Assembly: GCA_030619885.1 (NCBI GenBank)
Contig: JAUXAN010000004.1
Location: 12,575-76,574, forward strand
Origin: a bacterium
GTDB taxonomy: Bacteria > Hydrothermota > DG-26 > JAUXAN01
Length of the DNA stretch: 64,000 bases
Direction: 5' to 3'
Positions 48,125 through 56,286 of the stretch are shown piece by piece (within the stretch, counting starts at the first letter, position 1; every line of letters begins with the position of its first letter). Under the pieces are notes generated by a model. That model did no database searches. It was given only the letters and a program-made list of their open reading frames with translations, and was not told where the DNA came from. Made by a program: the position numbers and the translations under genes.

Positions 48125-50086
48125 CTATGAGAGTATTGCATCTACCATCTTAAATATTTGGTTATCCTTGAAATTTCTCTGTTGGACTGCCGCTGACGGA
48201 CAAGCGGATATACATGAGCCACAACCTTCGCATAAAATCTCATTTACTTTTGCTATTCTCTTTTCATCTTTTATTTCTAATTCTCTGGCATCATAAGGGC
48301 ACAGTGGAACACATATACCACAGCCGCTGCACAAATCTTCATCTACAGCTGCTACTATGGGCTCATGTTTCAACTCCTCTTCAGCAAATAAATCAGTAAC
48401 CTTCGATGCTGCCCCAGATGCTTGAGCCACAGTCTCAGGAATATCCTTAGGAGCCTGTGTACATCCAGCAAGATAGAATCCAGCTGATATACTCTCTACT
48501 GGCCTTAATTTTGGATGTGCCTCATTCACAAATCCATACGCATCAGAGGGAATTTTCAGCTTACTGATTAAATCTTTAGCTCCATTACTTGGAACCATTG
48601 CCATCGAAAGAACTACCATATCGCATTCAACTTCAACCTGCTTTCCCAGAAGTGTATCTGCACCCCAGACAATAAGTTTGCCGTTACCATTTTTGAAAAT
48701 CTTTGATGCCTTTCCTCGGATATAGATTACTTTGTCTTCTTCTTGAGTTCTTGTAACGAATTCCTCATATCCTTTTCCTCCTGCTCTTGTATCGATATAG
48801 AATACTATAGCTTCACCGTCAGGAACTTTGTGTTTATATAGCATTGCGTGCTTTGCCATATACATACAGCATATCTTTGAGCAGTATGGGAGATGATGCT
48901 CTGTATCCCTTGACCCAACACAACTGACAAAGACTACTCTTTTTGGTACTTTATTATCAGAGAGTCTCCTGACCTCGCCACCAGTGGGACCAGTTGCAGA
49001 CAAAAGACGCTCAAATTGCATTCCATCCATTACATCCTCATATTTCCCGTTTCCATATTCGCCAATGTTCTTTGGGGAATACAAATCGTATCCTGTTGCC
49101 ACCACAATAGCTCCTACTTTTTCTTCTATTATTTCAGGCCTCATATCAAAGTCTATAGCCTGTGGTTCACAAACATCTGCACATTTACCACAGGCTATGG
49201 GTAAAAATCCTGGGCAGTGTTCAATATCTATTGTGTAAGTAGCTGGAATCGCTTGAGGAAACGGTAAATATATAGCCTTGCGGGCTGCAAGATTGTTGTC
49301 AAACTCACTGGGTGCTGCTACAGGACATACATCAACGCATTTTCCACAGAGATTGCACTTATCCTCAATTACATATCTTGGTTTTTTGAGAATCTTTACA
49401 TTGAAGTTACCTACATAGCCTGATATTTCCTGAACTTCGCTATACGCCAGAACTCGTATTTTTGGATGCCGTGATACTTCTACCATTTTGGGAGTCAAAA
49501 TGCATTGCGAACAGTCGAGAGTAGGAAAGGTTTCAGATAACTGAATCATATGACCACCTATTGATGGATTCCTTTCAACAAGTAAGACTTCGTATCCTGC
49601 ATTTGCAATATCTAATGATGCCTGTATCCCAGCTATTCCTCCACCTATAACAAGAGCTTGTCTGGTGACAGGAGTGCTGATCGGCTCGAGAGACTCGTTT
49701 TGATTTGCTTTCTCAACTATGGTTCTTATTATCTTTATAGCCTTGCGTGTAGCTTCTTCCTTGTTATCCTTATGAACCCAGCTACACTGCTCTCGGATAT
49801 TCGCAATCTCACATTGATATGGATTAAGCCCGGTTAACCGAGATAGGTCTCGAAAAGTAGTCTCGTGCAAGGTAGGAGAACAACAAGCGATGACTAGACT
49901 ATCTAATCTCTTCTCTTTGATAGTCTCCTGGACCAACTTCTGTCCTGGGTTAGAGCACACAAATATATAATCTTCTGCATGTGCAACTCCCGGGTATTTC
50001 TTAATAACTTCTACTACTTTTTTTACATCCACTGTTTCCGCAATATTTGAGCCGCACCAGCAGACAAAGACACCTATTCGTTTCAT
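48125..50086 (-). CDS. hdrA: Standard-size heterodisulfide reductase subunit A
   Basis: GVFVCWCGSNI, ACCSP, NIREQCSWVH, GGGIAG, ETFPTLDCSQC, CSKICC, HPKLRPVE. Confidence 0.95.
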   Translation of the reverse strand: MKRIGVFVCWCGSNIAETVDVKKVVEVIKKYPGVAHAEDYIFVCSNPGQKLVQETIKEKRLDSLVIACCSPTLHETTFRDLSRLTGLNPYQCEIANIREQCSWVHKDNKEEATRKAIKIIRTIVEKANQNESLEPISTPVTRQALVIGGGIAGIQASLDIANAGYEVLLVERNPSIGGHMIQLSETFPTLDCSQCILTPKMVEVSRHPKIRVLAYSEVQEISGYVGNFNVKILKKPRYVIEDKCNLCGKCVDVCPVAAPSEFDNNLAARKAIYLPFPQAIPATYTIDIEHCPGFLPIACGKCADVCEPQAIDFDMRPEIIEEKVGAIVVATGYDLYSPKNIGEYGNGKYEDVMDGMQFERLLSATGPTGGEVRRLSDNKVPKRVVFVSCVGSRDTEHHLPYCSKICCMYMAKHAMLYKHKVPDGEAIVFYIDTRAGGKGYEEFVTRTQEEDKVIYIRGKASKIFKNGNGKLIVWGADTLLGKQVEVECDMVVLSMAMVPSNGAKDLISKLKIPSDAYGFVNEAHPKLRPVESISAGFYLAGCTQAPKDIPETVAQASGAASKVTDLFAEEELKHEPIVAAVDEDLCSGCGICVPLCPYDARELEIKDEKRIAKVNEILCEGCGSCISACPSAAVQQRNFKDNQIFKMVDAILS

Positions 50087-50853
50087 TTATCTACAAATCT
50101 CCCCATTATGATTTTATCCTGAAGCCTGATATCTAAATTCTCTGTGGGTTCGCCATGTTTTATTACTGTGTTATTATGAAAGAATCTCATCCTATCTATC
50201 GTTTCCCCAATTTTCCCATCAGTTGCATAATACATTAAGCAAGGCGAAATGACTTCAATCACAGCAAGGCCCGGGTTTTCAAGAGCATCAGTTATAGAAT
50301 ACATTAACCTTCGGACATGGAGTGTTGTCCATCTTGCTACATACCGGGCACCACATAATTTTGCCAGATGAGGAATATTAAATGGCAGTTCAAGATTTTC
50401 ATCATCTAAAGTTCTTACAAATGGAGTTGTCGGGGTGACTTTACATTCCGAGATTATATAAATAAAGTTATTGATATATATCACAAGAAGCTCTACCCCC
50501 TTTTTCCCTGCTTCAATAAAATCATCTGCTCCGGATGCAATGAAATCAGCATCATTCAAGAAGACAACCACCTTTGTCTCTGGATTTTCAAGCTTAAACT
50601 TTACTGCACACTTAATTGCATTGTCATGACTCTCGTTGCAGCAATTAATCTTTAAGTAATCAGCAACTTTTCCTGTGCAACCAATTCCTGAACTGACGCA
50701 TACTTTGCCTAAATCAATCTTTACTTTCTCGAGCGTTTCAACAAAAGTATTGACGACTGTTCCAATCCCACACCCTGGACACCAAACAAAAGGGATTGAT
50801 CCTTCGCGAAGCAAAGAATCGATTGGATGAGTTCCTTCAATATTTTCTATCAT
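50083..50853 (-). CDS. 2-oxoacid:ferredoxin oxidoreductase beta-subunit-like protein with degenerate TPP motif
   Basis: WCPGCGIG, SSGIGCTG, INNFIY, PTTP, EVISPC kept; GDGD reads NDAD, GMTGGQ reads IISECK. Confidence 0.8.
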   Translation of the reverse strand: MIENIEGTHPIDSLLREGSIPFVWCPGCGIGTVVNTFVETLEKVKIDLGKVCVSSGIGCTGKVADYLKINCCNESHDNAIKCAVKFKLENPETKVVVFLNDADFIASGADDFIEAGKKGVELLVIYINNFIYIISECKVTPTTPFVRTLDDENLELPFNIPHLAKLCGARYVARWTTLHVRRLMYSITDALENPGLAVIEVISPCLMYYATDGKIGETIDRMRFFHNNTVIKHGEPTENLDIRLQDKIIMGRFVDK

Positions 50854-50889
50854 TTCTTCTTTTCTATCCCCGCCATAGGCGGGAGGGTT

Positions 50890-51159
50890 TTAGGTTAAAA
50901 CTTCAATTACTTCTTTCTCTTCTTTTAAAGTAGACCAAATTGCAAAATCTGGGCAAAGCATCTCGCATAATCCACAATTAATACAATTTTCTGGATTTTT
51001 AACCTCAGGAAAATGATATCCCTTAGTATTAAACTCATCAGACAACTCCAAAACATCCATCGGGCAATATGTTACACAGAAACCACATCCCTTACACCTA
51101 TCCTTTACTATGTGGATTTCCCCACACGGGGTTTTCATTCCATTATTAAAGAACTTCAT
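50890..51159 (-). CDS. 2x[4Fe-4S] ferredoxin (OFOR delta-subunit-like)
   Basis: CKGCGFCVTYCP and CINCGLCEMLCPDFAI; AGGAGG RBS. Confidence 0.9.
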   Translation of the reverse strand: MKFFNNGMKTPCGEIHIVKDRCKGCGFCVTYCPMDVLELSDEFNTKGYHFPEVKNPENCINCGLCEMLCPDFAIWSTLKEEKEVIEVLT

Positions 51160-51265
51160 CTCTCCTCCTATTTTTTTTTGGCGCCTCAGTCTTATAATTT
51201 TCTTTATATTTAAAATCCTGCAAATCTGCGTTCCTATTTTTAAAATGACTTACATATTACCTAAT

Positions 51266-51281
51266 AGCAGAATCTATGCCA
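51266..51281 (-). promoter_or_regulatory. Sigma54 (-24/-12) promoter for the hdr/lipoate gene run
   Basis: minus strand TGGCATAGATTCTGCT with exact GG-N10-GC spacing, next to a sigma54 activator gene. Confidence 0.75.
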
Positions 51282-51283
51282 AA

Positions 51284-51331
51284 TAAAAAAACAGCCACCC
51301 CGCACTTATACATAAGTGCGGGATGGTTGTT
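51284..51331 (-). terminator. Intrinsic terminator after the histidine kinase/bEBP genes
   Basis: minus strand stem ccatcccgcacttat/ataagtgcggggtgg followed by a T7 tract. Confidence 0.65.
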
Positions 51332-51397
51332 ATTCAATAACTTGCTTCAGGAAATTTTTATTGTAAGGGTAGTTTTTGGTTAGCGGGTTTTATTCAA

Positions 51398-52786
51398 TTA
51401 TGGAGAGTTTTTCGCCAGGTGTGGGGAATTATTCCCCAGTTCTATTCCGTATTTTTTCATCTTTGTACGAAGGGTTTTACGGTCAATTTTGAGTAATCTT
51501 GCTGCCTTACTTTTATTCCAATTGCACTTCTTCAGAGTTCTAATTATATGCTCTCTTTCTGCCGATGTTAGAGTGAAGTCTACCTCGTACATAGAAGCAC
51601 TCTCCCTATCTACAGGTGAGTAGCAAGGAAAATCAACGGGTTCAACAACATTTCCCTTTGCCAGCACCACTGCACGCTCTATTGCATTTTGCAATTCTCT
51701 CACATTACCTGGCCAGTCATATTCAATCAGTCCTTGCATCGCCTTTTCAGAGATAGCTTTTATTCTTTTGTTCCTCTTCCGATTATATTTGTCCAGAAAG
51801 TAGTTTGCTAATATGGGTATATCATCTCTCCGCTCTCGGAGTGGAGGGAGGTGAATGGGTATCACGCTCAATCGGTAAAATAGGTCTTCACGAAATGTCC
51901 CGTCACTTGTACCTTTTACGAGATCCTTATTCGTAGCGGAGATAATCCTGACATCCACCTTAATCGTCTTTGTGCTCCCAACTTTTGTTATCTCCCGTTC
52001 CTGTATTGCACGCAGTAGTTTGCCCTGAATGTTTATTCCGATATTTGCTATTTCATCAAAGAATATGGTCCCACTGTTGGCAAGTTCAAACTTCCCGTGT
52101 CTGGTAGTAATTGCGCCTGTGAAAGAACCCTTAACATGCCCGAACAGTTCACTCTCAAAAAGATTTTCTACAAGACTGCCGCAGTCTACAGTGACGAAAG
52201 GTTTGTCTTTTCGATCACTATAGCGATGAATCGCCCTCGCTACAAGTTCTTTTCCTGTGCCACTTTCACCTGAAATTAGAATAGTACTGTCTGTAGGACC
52301 TACCCTTCTTATCAACTCCTTTATCTTTATCATTGGTTCACTTTCACTAATTATCTCGTCCATCCCTAAATATTTATTTAACTGTTCACGAAGGTAGATG
52401 TTTTCCATTGTCAATTTTCTTCTCTCTTTTGCCCGCTGGATAATTGCACGCAGCTCATCCGGAGTAAAAGGCTTTGGAACAAAGTCGTATGCTCCTAACT
52501 TCATTGCCTCAACAGCCGACTCAACAGTTGCATATCCAGTGATGACAATCACAATAGTTTCGGGGGTGTCACTTTTTATCTTCTTCAAGACCTCCATACC
52601 GCTTATGTCGGGCATTTTCAAATCCAGAAGCACTATATCAAAATTTCCATCTTTTACAAGTTCAAGTCCCTTATACCCATCTTCGGCAACCGCTACATTA
52701 TATCTACTTCGAGAAAGTATCTGGTGGCAAGAATCACGCATAGCCTCTTCGTCATCAATGACCAATATGTTTAAATTTTCGACCAT
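51398..52786 (-). CDS. Sigma54-dependent NtrC-type response regulator (REC-AAA+-HTH)
   Basis: DLKMPD, GESGTGKELVA, ESELFGHVKGSFTGA, FFDEIA, WPGNVRELQN, C-terminal HTH. Confidence 0.96.
   Translation of the reverse strand: MVENLNILVIDDEEAMRDSCHQILSRSRYNVAVAEDGYKGLELVKDGNFDIVLLDLKMPDISGMEVLKKIKSDTPETIVIVITGYATVESAVEAMKLGAYDFVPKPFTPDELRAIIQRAKERRKLTMENIYLREQLNKYLGMDEIISESEPMIKIKELIRRVGPTDSTILISGESGTGKELVARAIHRYSDRKDKPFVTVDCGSLVENLFESELFGHVKGSFTGAITTRHGKFELANSGTIFFDEIANIGINIQGKLLRAIQEREITKVGSTKTIKVDVRIISATNKDLVKGTSDGTFREDLFYRLSVIPIHLPPLRERRDDIPILANYFLDKYNRKRNKRIKAISEKAMQGLIEYDWPGNVRELQNAIERAVVLAKGNVVEPVDFPCYSPVDRESASMYEVDFTLTSAEREHIIRTLKKCNWNKSKAARLLKIDRKTLRTKMKKYGIELGNNSPHLAKNSP
51401..51438. 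promoter_or_regulatory. Tandem 17-bp dyad sites; candidate upstream activator sequences
   Basis: tggagagtttttcgcca and tggggaattattcccca, 21 bp apart, 120-160 bp upstream of the sigma54 site. Confidence 0.55.
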
Positions 52787-52978
52787 TTAAAAATCCTCAA
52801 CCACAGATGAACACAGATTTTCATCTCAAGATCCGTATGGACAAGATATTGAAAAATAGAATGTCAGAACATCAGCAAATTAGAATGAGATTTCAGACAT
52901 CAGAGTACCAAATATATGTGCTTCTGACTTCTGATATCTGACTTCTCCATCTGGTAATCTGATATCCGCTTATCTGTG

Positions 52979-54952
52979 TTAATCTCGTGTAATCTTGTGG
53001 TTTGTGCTTTCATAATCTGCTGGCAATCTTATTGTAAAAGTAGACCCTTTCCCAACTTCACTATTTACATTTATCTCGCCATTATGCTTCTTGATGATTC
53101 CATAACTTATTGCCAAGCCAAGCCCTGTCCCATGACCTGTCTTTTTATTTGAAAAAAATGGTTCAAACAGTTTCCCCACGTTCTCTTCAGAAATGCCGCA
53201 ACCTGTATCGGTAAATTTTGTCTCAACAAATTTTTCGTCAGATGAAGTTTCAATGGTCAATTCACCCTGCCCATCCATCGCCTCAGCTCCATTCAGAATA
53301 ATATTCATAAATACCTGCTGAATTTGAGCCTTGTCCAGCATAACCGGAGGAAGGGGTTGAGAAATTTTTTTGGTTATTTTAATATTCTGAAAAATCGCCT
53401 GGTTTTCAATAAGTGATAGAACCTCATCAACTATTTTATTTATATCTGAGACTTTTATCTCAGGCTCAGTTTGACGAGCGAAATCGAGAAGTCCTTTTAC
53501 TATTTCCTTACACCGGGTTGCTTGATTAACTATTTTCTCCAAATTTTCTCTACGAGGATCTTTTTCTTCTAAATCCTCAAGCAGAAGGTGGCTGTATATC
53601 AAAATGCCCCCAAGCGGATTATTTATTTCATGAGCAACACCTGCTGCAAGTTGTCCTATTATAGCCAACCTCTCTGACTTCATTATTTCCTGCTGTGCGT
53701 ATTCTTTCAGTCTTTCGTCTCTCTTCTTTATTGAATCTGCCATATAGTTAAAGGTCCTTCCTAACTCACCAATCTCGTCTTTGGTTCCATATTCAACCCT
53801 CTGCTCCAAGTCTCCCTTTGCTAATTTATTAGAGGCAGAGACAAGAGAGCGAATAGGTTTTACTATGCTATTCCCAAGGATGTATGAAATAACAAAAGCA
53901 ATAGCCATTCCAGCAAGTGTTATCCCCAAAAATGTCCATAAAGTCTGTCTTTTCATATCCACAAATTTCTCTTCAAGGATTCCAACATATAGAATACCGA
54001 TGACTTCATCTTTGATATTTCTTATCGGTTCATAGGCTGTTATATACCAATCGTTGACTACAAATGCTCTATCGACCCAGGGTTTCCCTTTTGCCAATAC
54101 TTGATTGTTTACTTCTTTGGATACCCGTGTCCCAATGGCTCTATTTCCATCCTTTGTCTTTACATTAGTTGAGATACGCAAATCACCTTGAAAAATGGTG
54201 GCAGTGCCAATGTCTTTTCCCTTGTATGTTTCTCCCCTATATACTATATCCTTTATCTTATCAACAATTTCATAGTTTCTGTTGAGCAGAATTCCGCCAT
54301 ATAATACACCGATTAAGTTACCATTGCGATCAAGGACAGGCGCTGCTGCTTTTATCATCATTCCTGAGATCTCCTCTTTTTCAGGCCTAAGTTTTGCTTT
54401 AGGGGTCGGAATAAACTTTATATGAGCTTGTTCAGCAAGGTCTTCTCCTTCTTTCACTAATTCATCTCTTACAACTATCTGAGTTGATGCTACTATTACT
54501 TTTTGGAGTGCAGTATCCGTGATACTGCGTGCATTGACGCGGTCAATGCACGCCATAACCAGTTCATCATCCACTTGGTGGTCTCCAAAAACTGCAGGAT
54601 TTCGCGCTCTAACAAGAACTATACCATTCCTGTCAGTGAGAGTGAGTATATCCAGTGATTCTCTTTCTCTTACTTTTCTTAGTTCTGGTTTCAGGTTCTC
54701 TATATTATTTTTCAAGATTGCGTCTTTCAAAAAGAACCTCAAAGCAGTCAAACGTGTACAAGTCCTGACTTCTCTGATTCTCTCTCTGTATATCTCTCTC
54801 GCTGAATTAAGGTCCAATTTTACCTTCTCCTGAGCTTGCTTCACTATTCTATCGCCAATTAAGTGTACCCCTACTATAGTGACTGTAATGCCAGCAATGG
54901 CAATTACTGATAGAAAGCTCAGGATCAACTTCAATCTTAGTGAACTCTTCAT
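52979..54952 (-). CDS. Sensor histidine kinase (periplasmic Cache-like domain, HAMP, HisKA, HATPase)
   Basis: two TM helices, ATIFQGDLRISTNV...RAIGT, AHEINNPL, NIILNGAEAM, GTGLGLAISYGII. Confidence 0.94.
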   Translation of the reverse strand: MKSSLRLKLILSFLSVIAIAGITVTIVGVHLIGDRIVKQAQEKVKLDLNSAREIYRERIREVRTCTRLTALRFFLKDAILKNNIENLKPELRKVRERESLDILTLTDRNGIVLVRARNPAVFGDHQVDDELVMACIDRVNARSITDTALQKVIVASTQIVVRDELVKEGEDLAEQAHIKFIPTPKAKLRPEKEEISGMMIKAAAPVLDRNGNLIGVLYGGILLNRNYEIVDKIKDIVYRGETYKGKDIGTATIFQGDLRISTNVKTKDGNRAIGTRVSKEVNNQVLAKGKPWVDRAFVVNDWYITAYEPIRNIKDEVIGILYVGILEEKFVDMKRQTLWTFLGITLAGMAIAFVISYILGNSIVKPIRSLVSASNKLAKGDLEQRVEYGTKDEIGELGRTFNYMADSIKKRDERLKEYAQQEIMKSERLAIIGQLAAGVAHEINNPLGGILIYSHLLLEDLEEKDPRRENLEKIVNQATRCKEIVKGLLDFARQTEPEIKVSDINKIVDEVLSLIENQAIFQNIKITKKISQPLPPVMLDKAQIQQVFMNIILNGAEAMDGQGELTIETSSDEKFVETKFTDTGCGISEENVGKLFEPFFSNKKTGHGTGLGLAISYGIIKKHNGEINVNSEVGKGSTFTIRLPADYESTNHKITRD

Positions 54953-55090
54953 AAGTATTCAGAAGAAATTGCGAACTAAGGTAGTCCTCTCATTTTAAAA
55001 CTCATCTACAGTAAATATAATGAAAAAATTTTGTCAAGGAGAAAAATGCAAATGCAGAGAACGCAGAGTTCACAGAGAAAAGCACAGAAG

Positions 55091-55127
55091 TCCCTACGGA
55101 TTCCATACGGGGATTAGACCGTATGGG
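55091..55127 (+). repeat. Nested repeat: 17-bp 'A'-like unit at the centre of a 'B'-like palindrome, inside CACAGA 9-mer arms
   Basis: tccctacggat[tccatacggggattaga]ccgtatggg; half-B at 55162-55175. Confidence 0.6.
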
Positions 55128-55212
55128 CAAGTTTTAGGGATTCCCTGTTCTGTGTTTATCCGTCCATACGGATCCTGAGATGTCAGCATCCGTGGTACTC
55201 CATGTTTTTCTC

Positions 55213-55240
55213 TTGACCTTTCTCTTTTTTTCATTAGAAT
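55213..55240 (+). promoter_or_regulatory. Putative sigma70 promoter of ispA (near-leaderless)
   Basis: TTGACC-16nt-TAGAAT-8nt-ATG. Confidence 0.5.
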
Positions 55241-55248
55241 ATTATTCG

Positions 55249-56130
55249 ATGCGAGTTGACAAATATCTTTCAGAAAAGAAGAAACTAATTGAAAAAAAAC
55301 TGGATACGCTTCTCCCTCCGGAGAGTGAATATCCTGAAATAATTCATCGTGCTATGAGATATAGCGTCTTTGCTGGGGGAAAGAGGATAAGACCTATTCT
55401 TGCAATTGCCGGGTTCGAGGCATGCGGAGGTAAAACGCTGAATCGTATTTTGCCCTGCGCATGTACAATAGAACTAATTCATACATTCTCTTTTATTCAC
55501 GATGACCTCCCCTGTATTGATAATGATGACTATAGAAGAGGTAAACTCACTTCTCATAAGGTCTTTGGCGAGGCGATTGCTGTGCTCACCGGTGATGCGT
55601 TGTTGAATCTATCCTTCGAAATTATAGCCAATACTAATTTAAAAGTTAGGACAAAAGTCGATATCTTGAAAGAGATAACAAAAGCCATAGGAACTGACGG
55701 CGTATTGGGAGGAGAGGTTGTTGATATAATATCAGAAGGAAAAAAGTTAGACCCAGAAAAGTTAGAATATATCCATACCAAAAAGACGGGCGCCTTGATA
55801 AGTGCATCGTTGAAAATAGGTGGATTATGTGCAGAGGCATCTCCAAAGAAATTAAAGGCATTGAAAGATGCAGGGTCCAAACTCGGATATGCATTTCAGA
55901 TAGTTGACGACATACTCGATGTTGAAGGGGATGATAGCAGAGTTGGTAAAAAGACCGGAAAAGATGCAGAGAGTGGAAAGATTACTTATCCGGGTCTGTA
56001 TGGTATAGAAGGGTCGAAGAGTAAGGTAAAAGAACTTTGCAGTGGTGCAAAGGGAATTTTTGATAGGTTTGGCGTCAAAGGAGAGATACTAAAAGATATA
56101 ACAGATTTCATCGGAGAAAGAACTTGGTAG
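55249..56130 (+). CDS. ispA: Polyprenyl diphosphate synthase (FPP/GGPP synthase)
   Basis: GGKRIRP, HDDLPCIDNDDYRRG, KTGALI, FQIVDDILD; ATG 55249 preferred because the track's start lies in repeat DNA. Confidence 0.92.
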   Translation: MRVDKYLSEKKKLIEKKLDTLLPPESEYPEIIHRAMRYSVFAGGKRIRPILAIAGFEACGGKTLNRILPCACTIELIHTFSFIHDDLPCIDNDDYRRGKLTSHKVFGEAIAVLTGDALLNLSFEIIANTNLKVRTKVDILKEITKAIGTDGVLGGEVVDIISEGKKLDPEKLEYIHTKKTGALISASLKIGGLCAEASPKKLKALKDAGSKLGYAFQIVDDILDVEGDDSRVGKKTGKDAESGKITYPGLYGIEGSKSKVKELCSGAKGIFDRFGVKGEILKDITDFIGERTW

Positions 56131-56286
56131 CAGATATACACGGATTCGGATTCGTTAAAAGTTTAACGGTAACGAAGCCTGTATCGTGGAGCGGTTAACG
56201 GTTACGGACCCCATTACCGAAGGACGAAACGGGCATTGTAACCGATTAATATAAACGAGCGACTGTTATCTGCGTCCTATTAAATT

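Noticed and set aside
42353-50086. Selenocysteine in MvhD or HdrA, as in some relatives
   Set aside because: All expected positions are Cys in open frames; no in-frame TGA is needed
56205-56240. Hammerhead-ribozyme-like CCGAAGGACGAAAC upstream of the permease
   Set aside because: The required CUGANGA core and stems I/III are absent on both strands; the region is better explained as CGGTAAC/CGGTTAA heptamer repeat DNA
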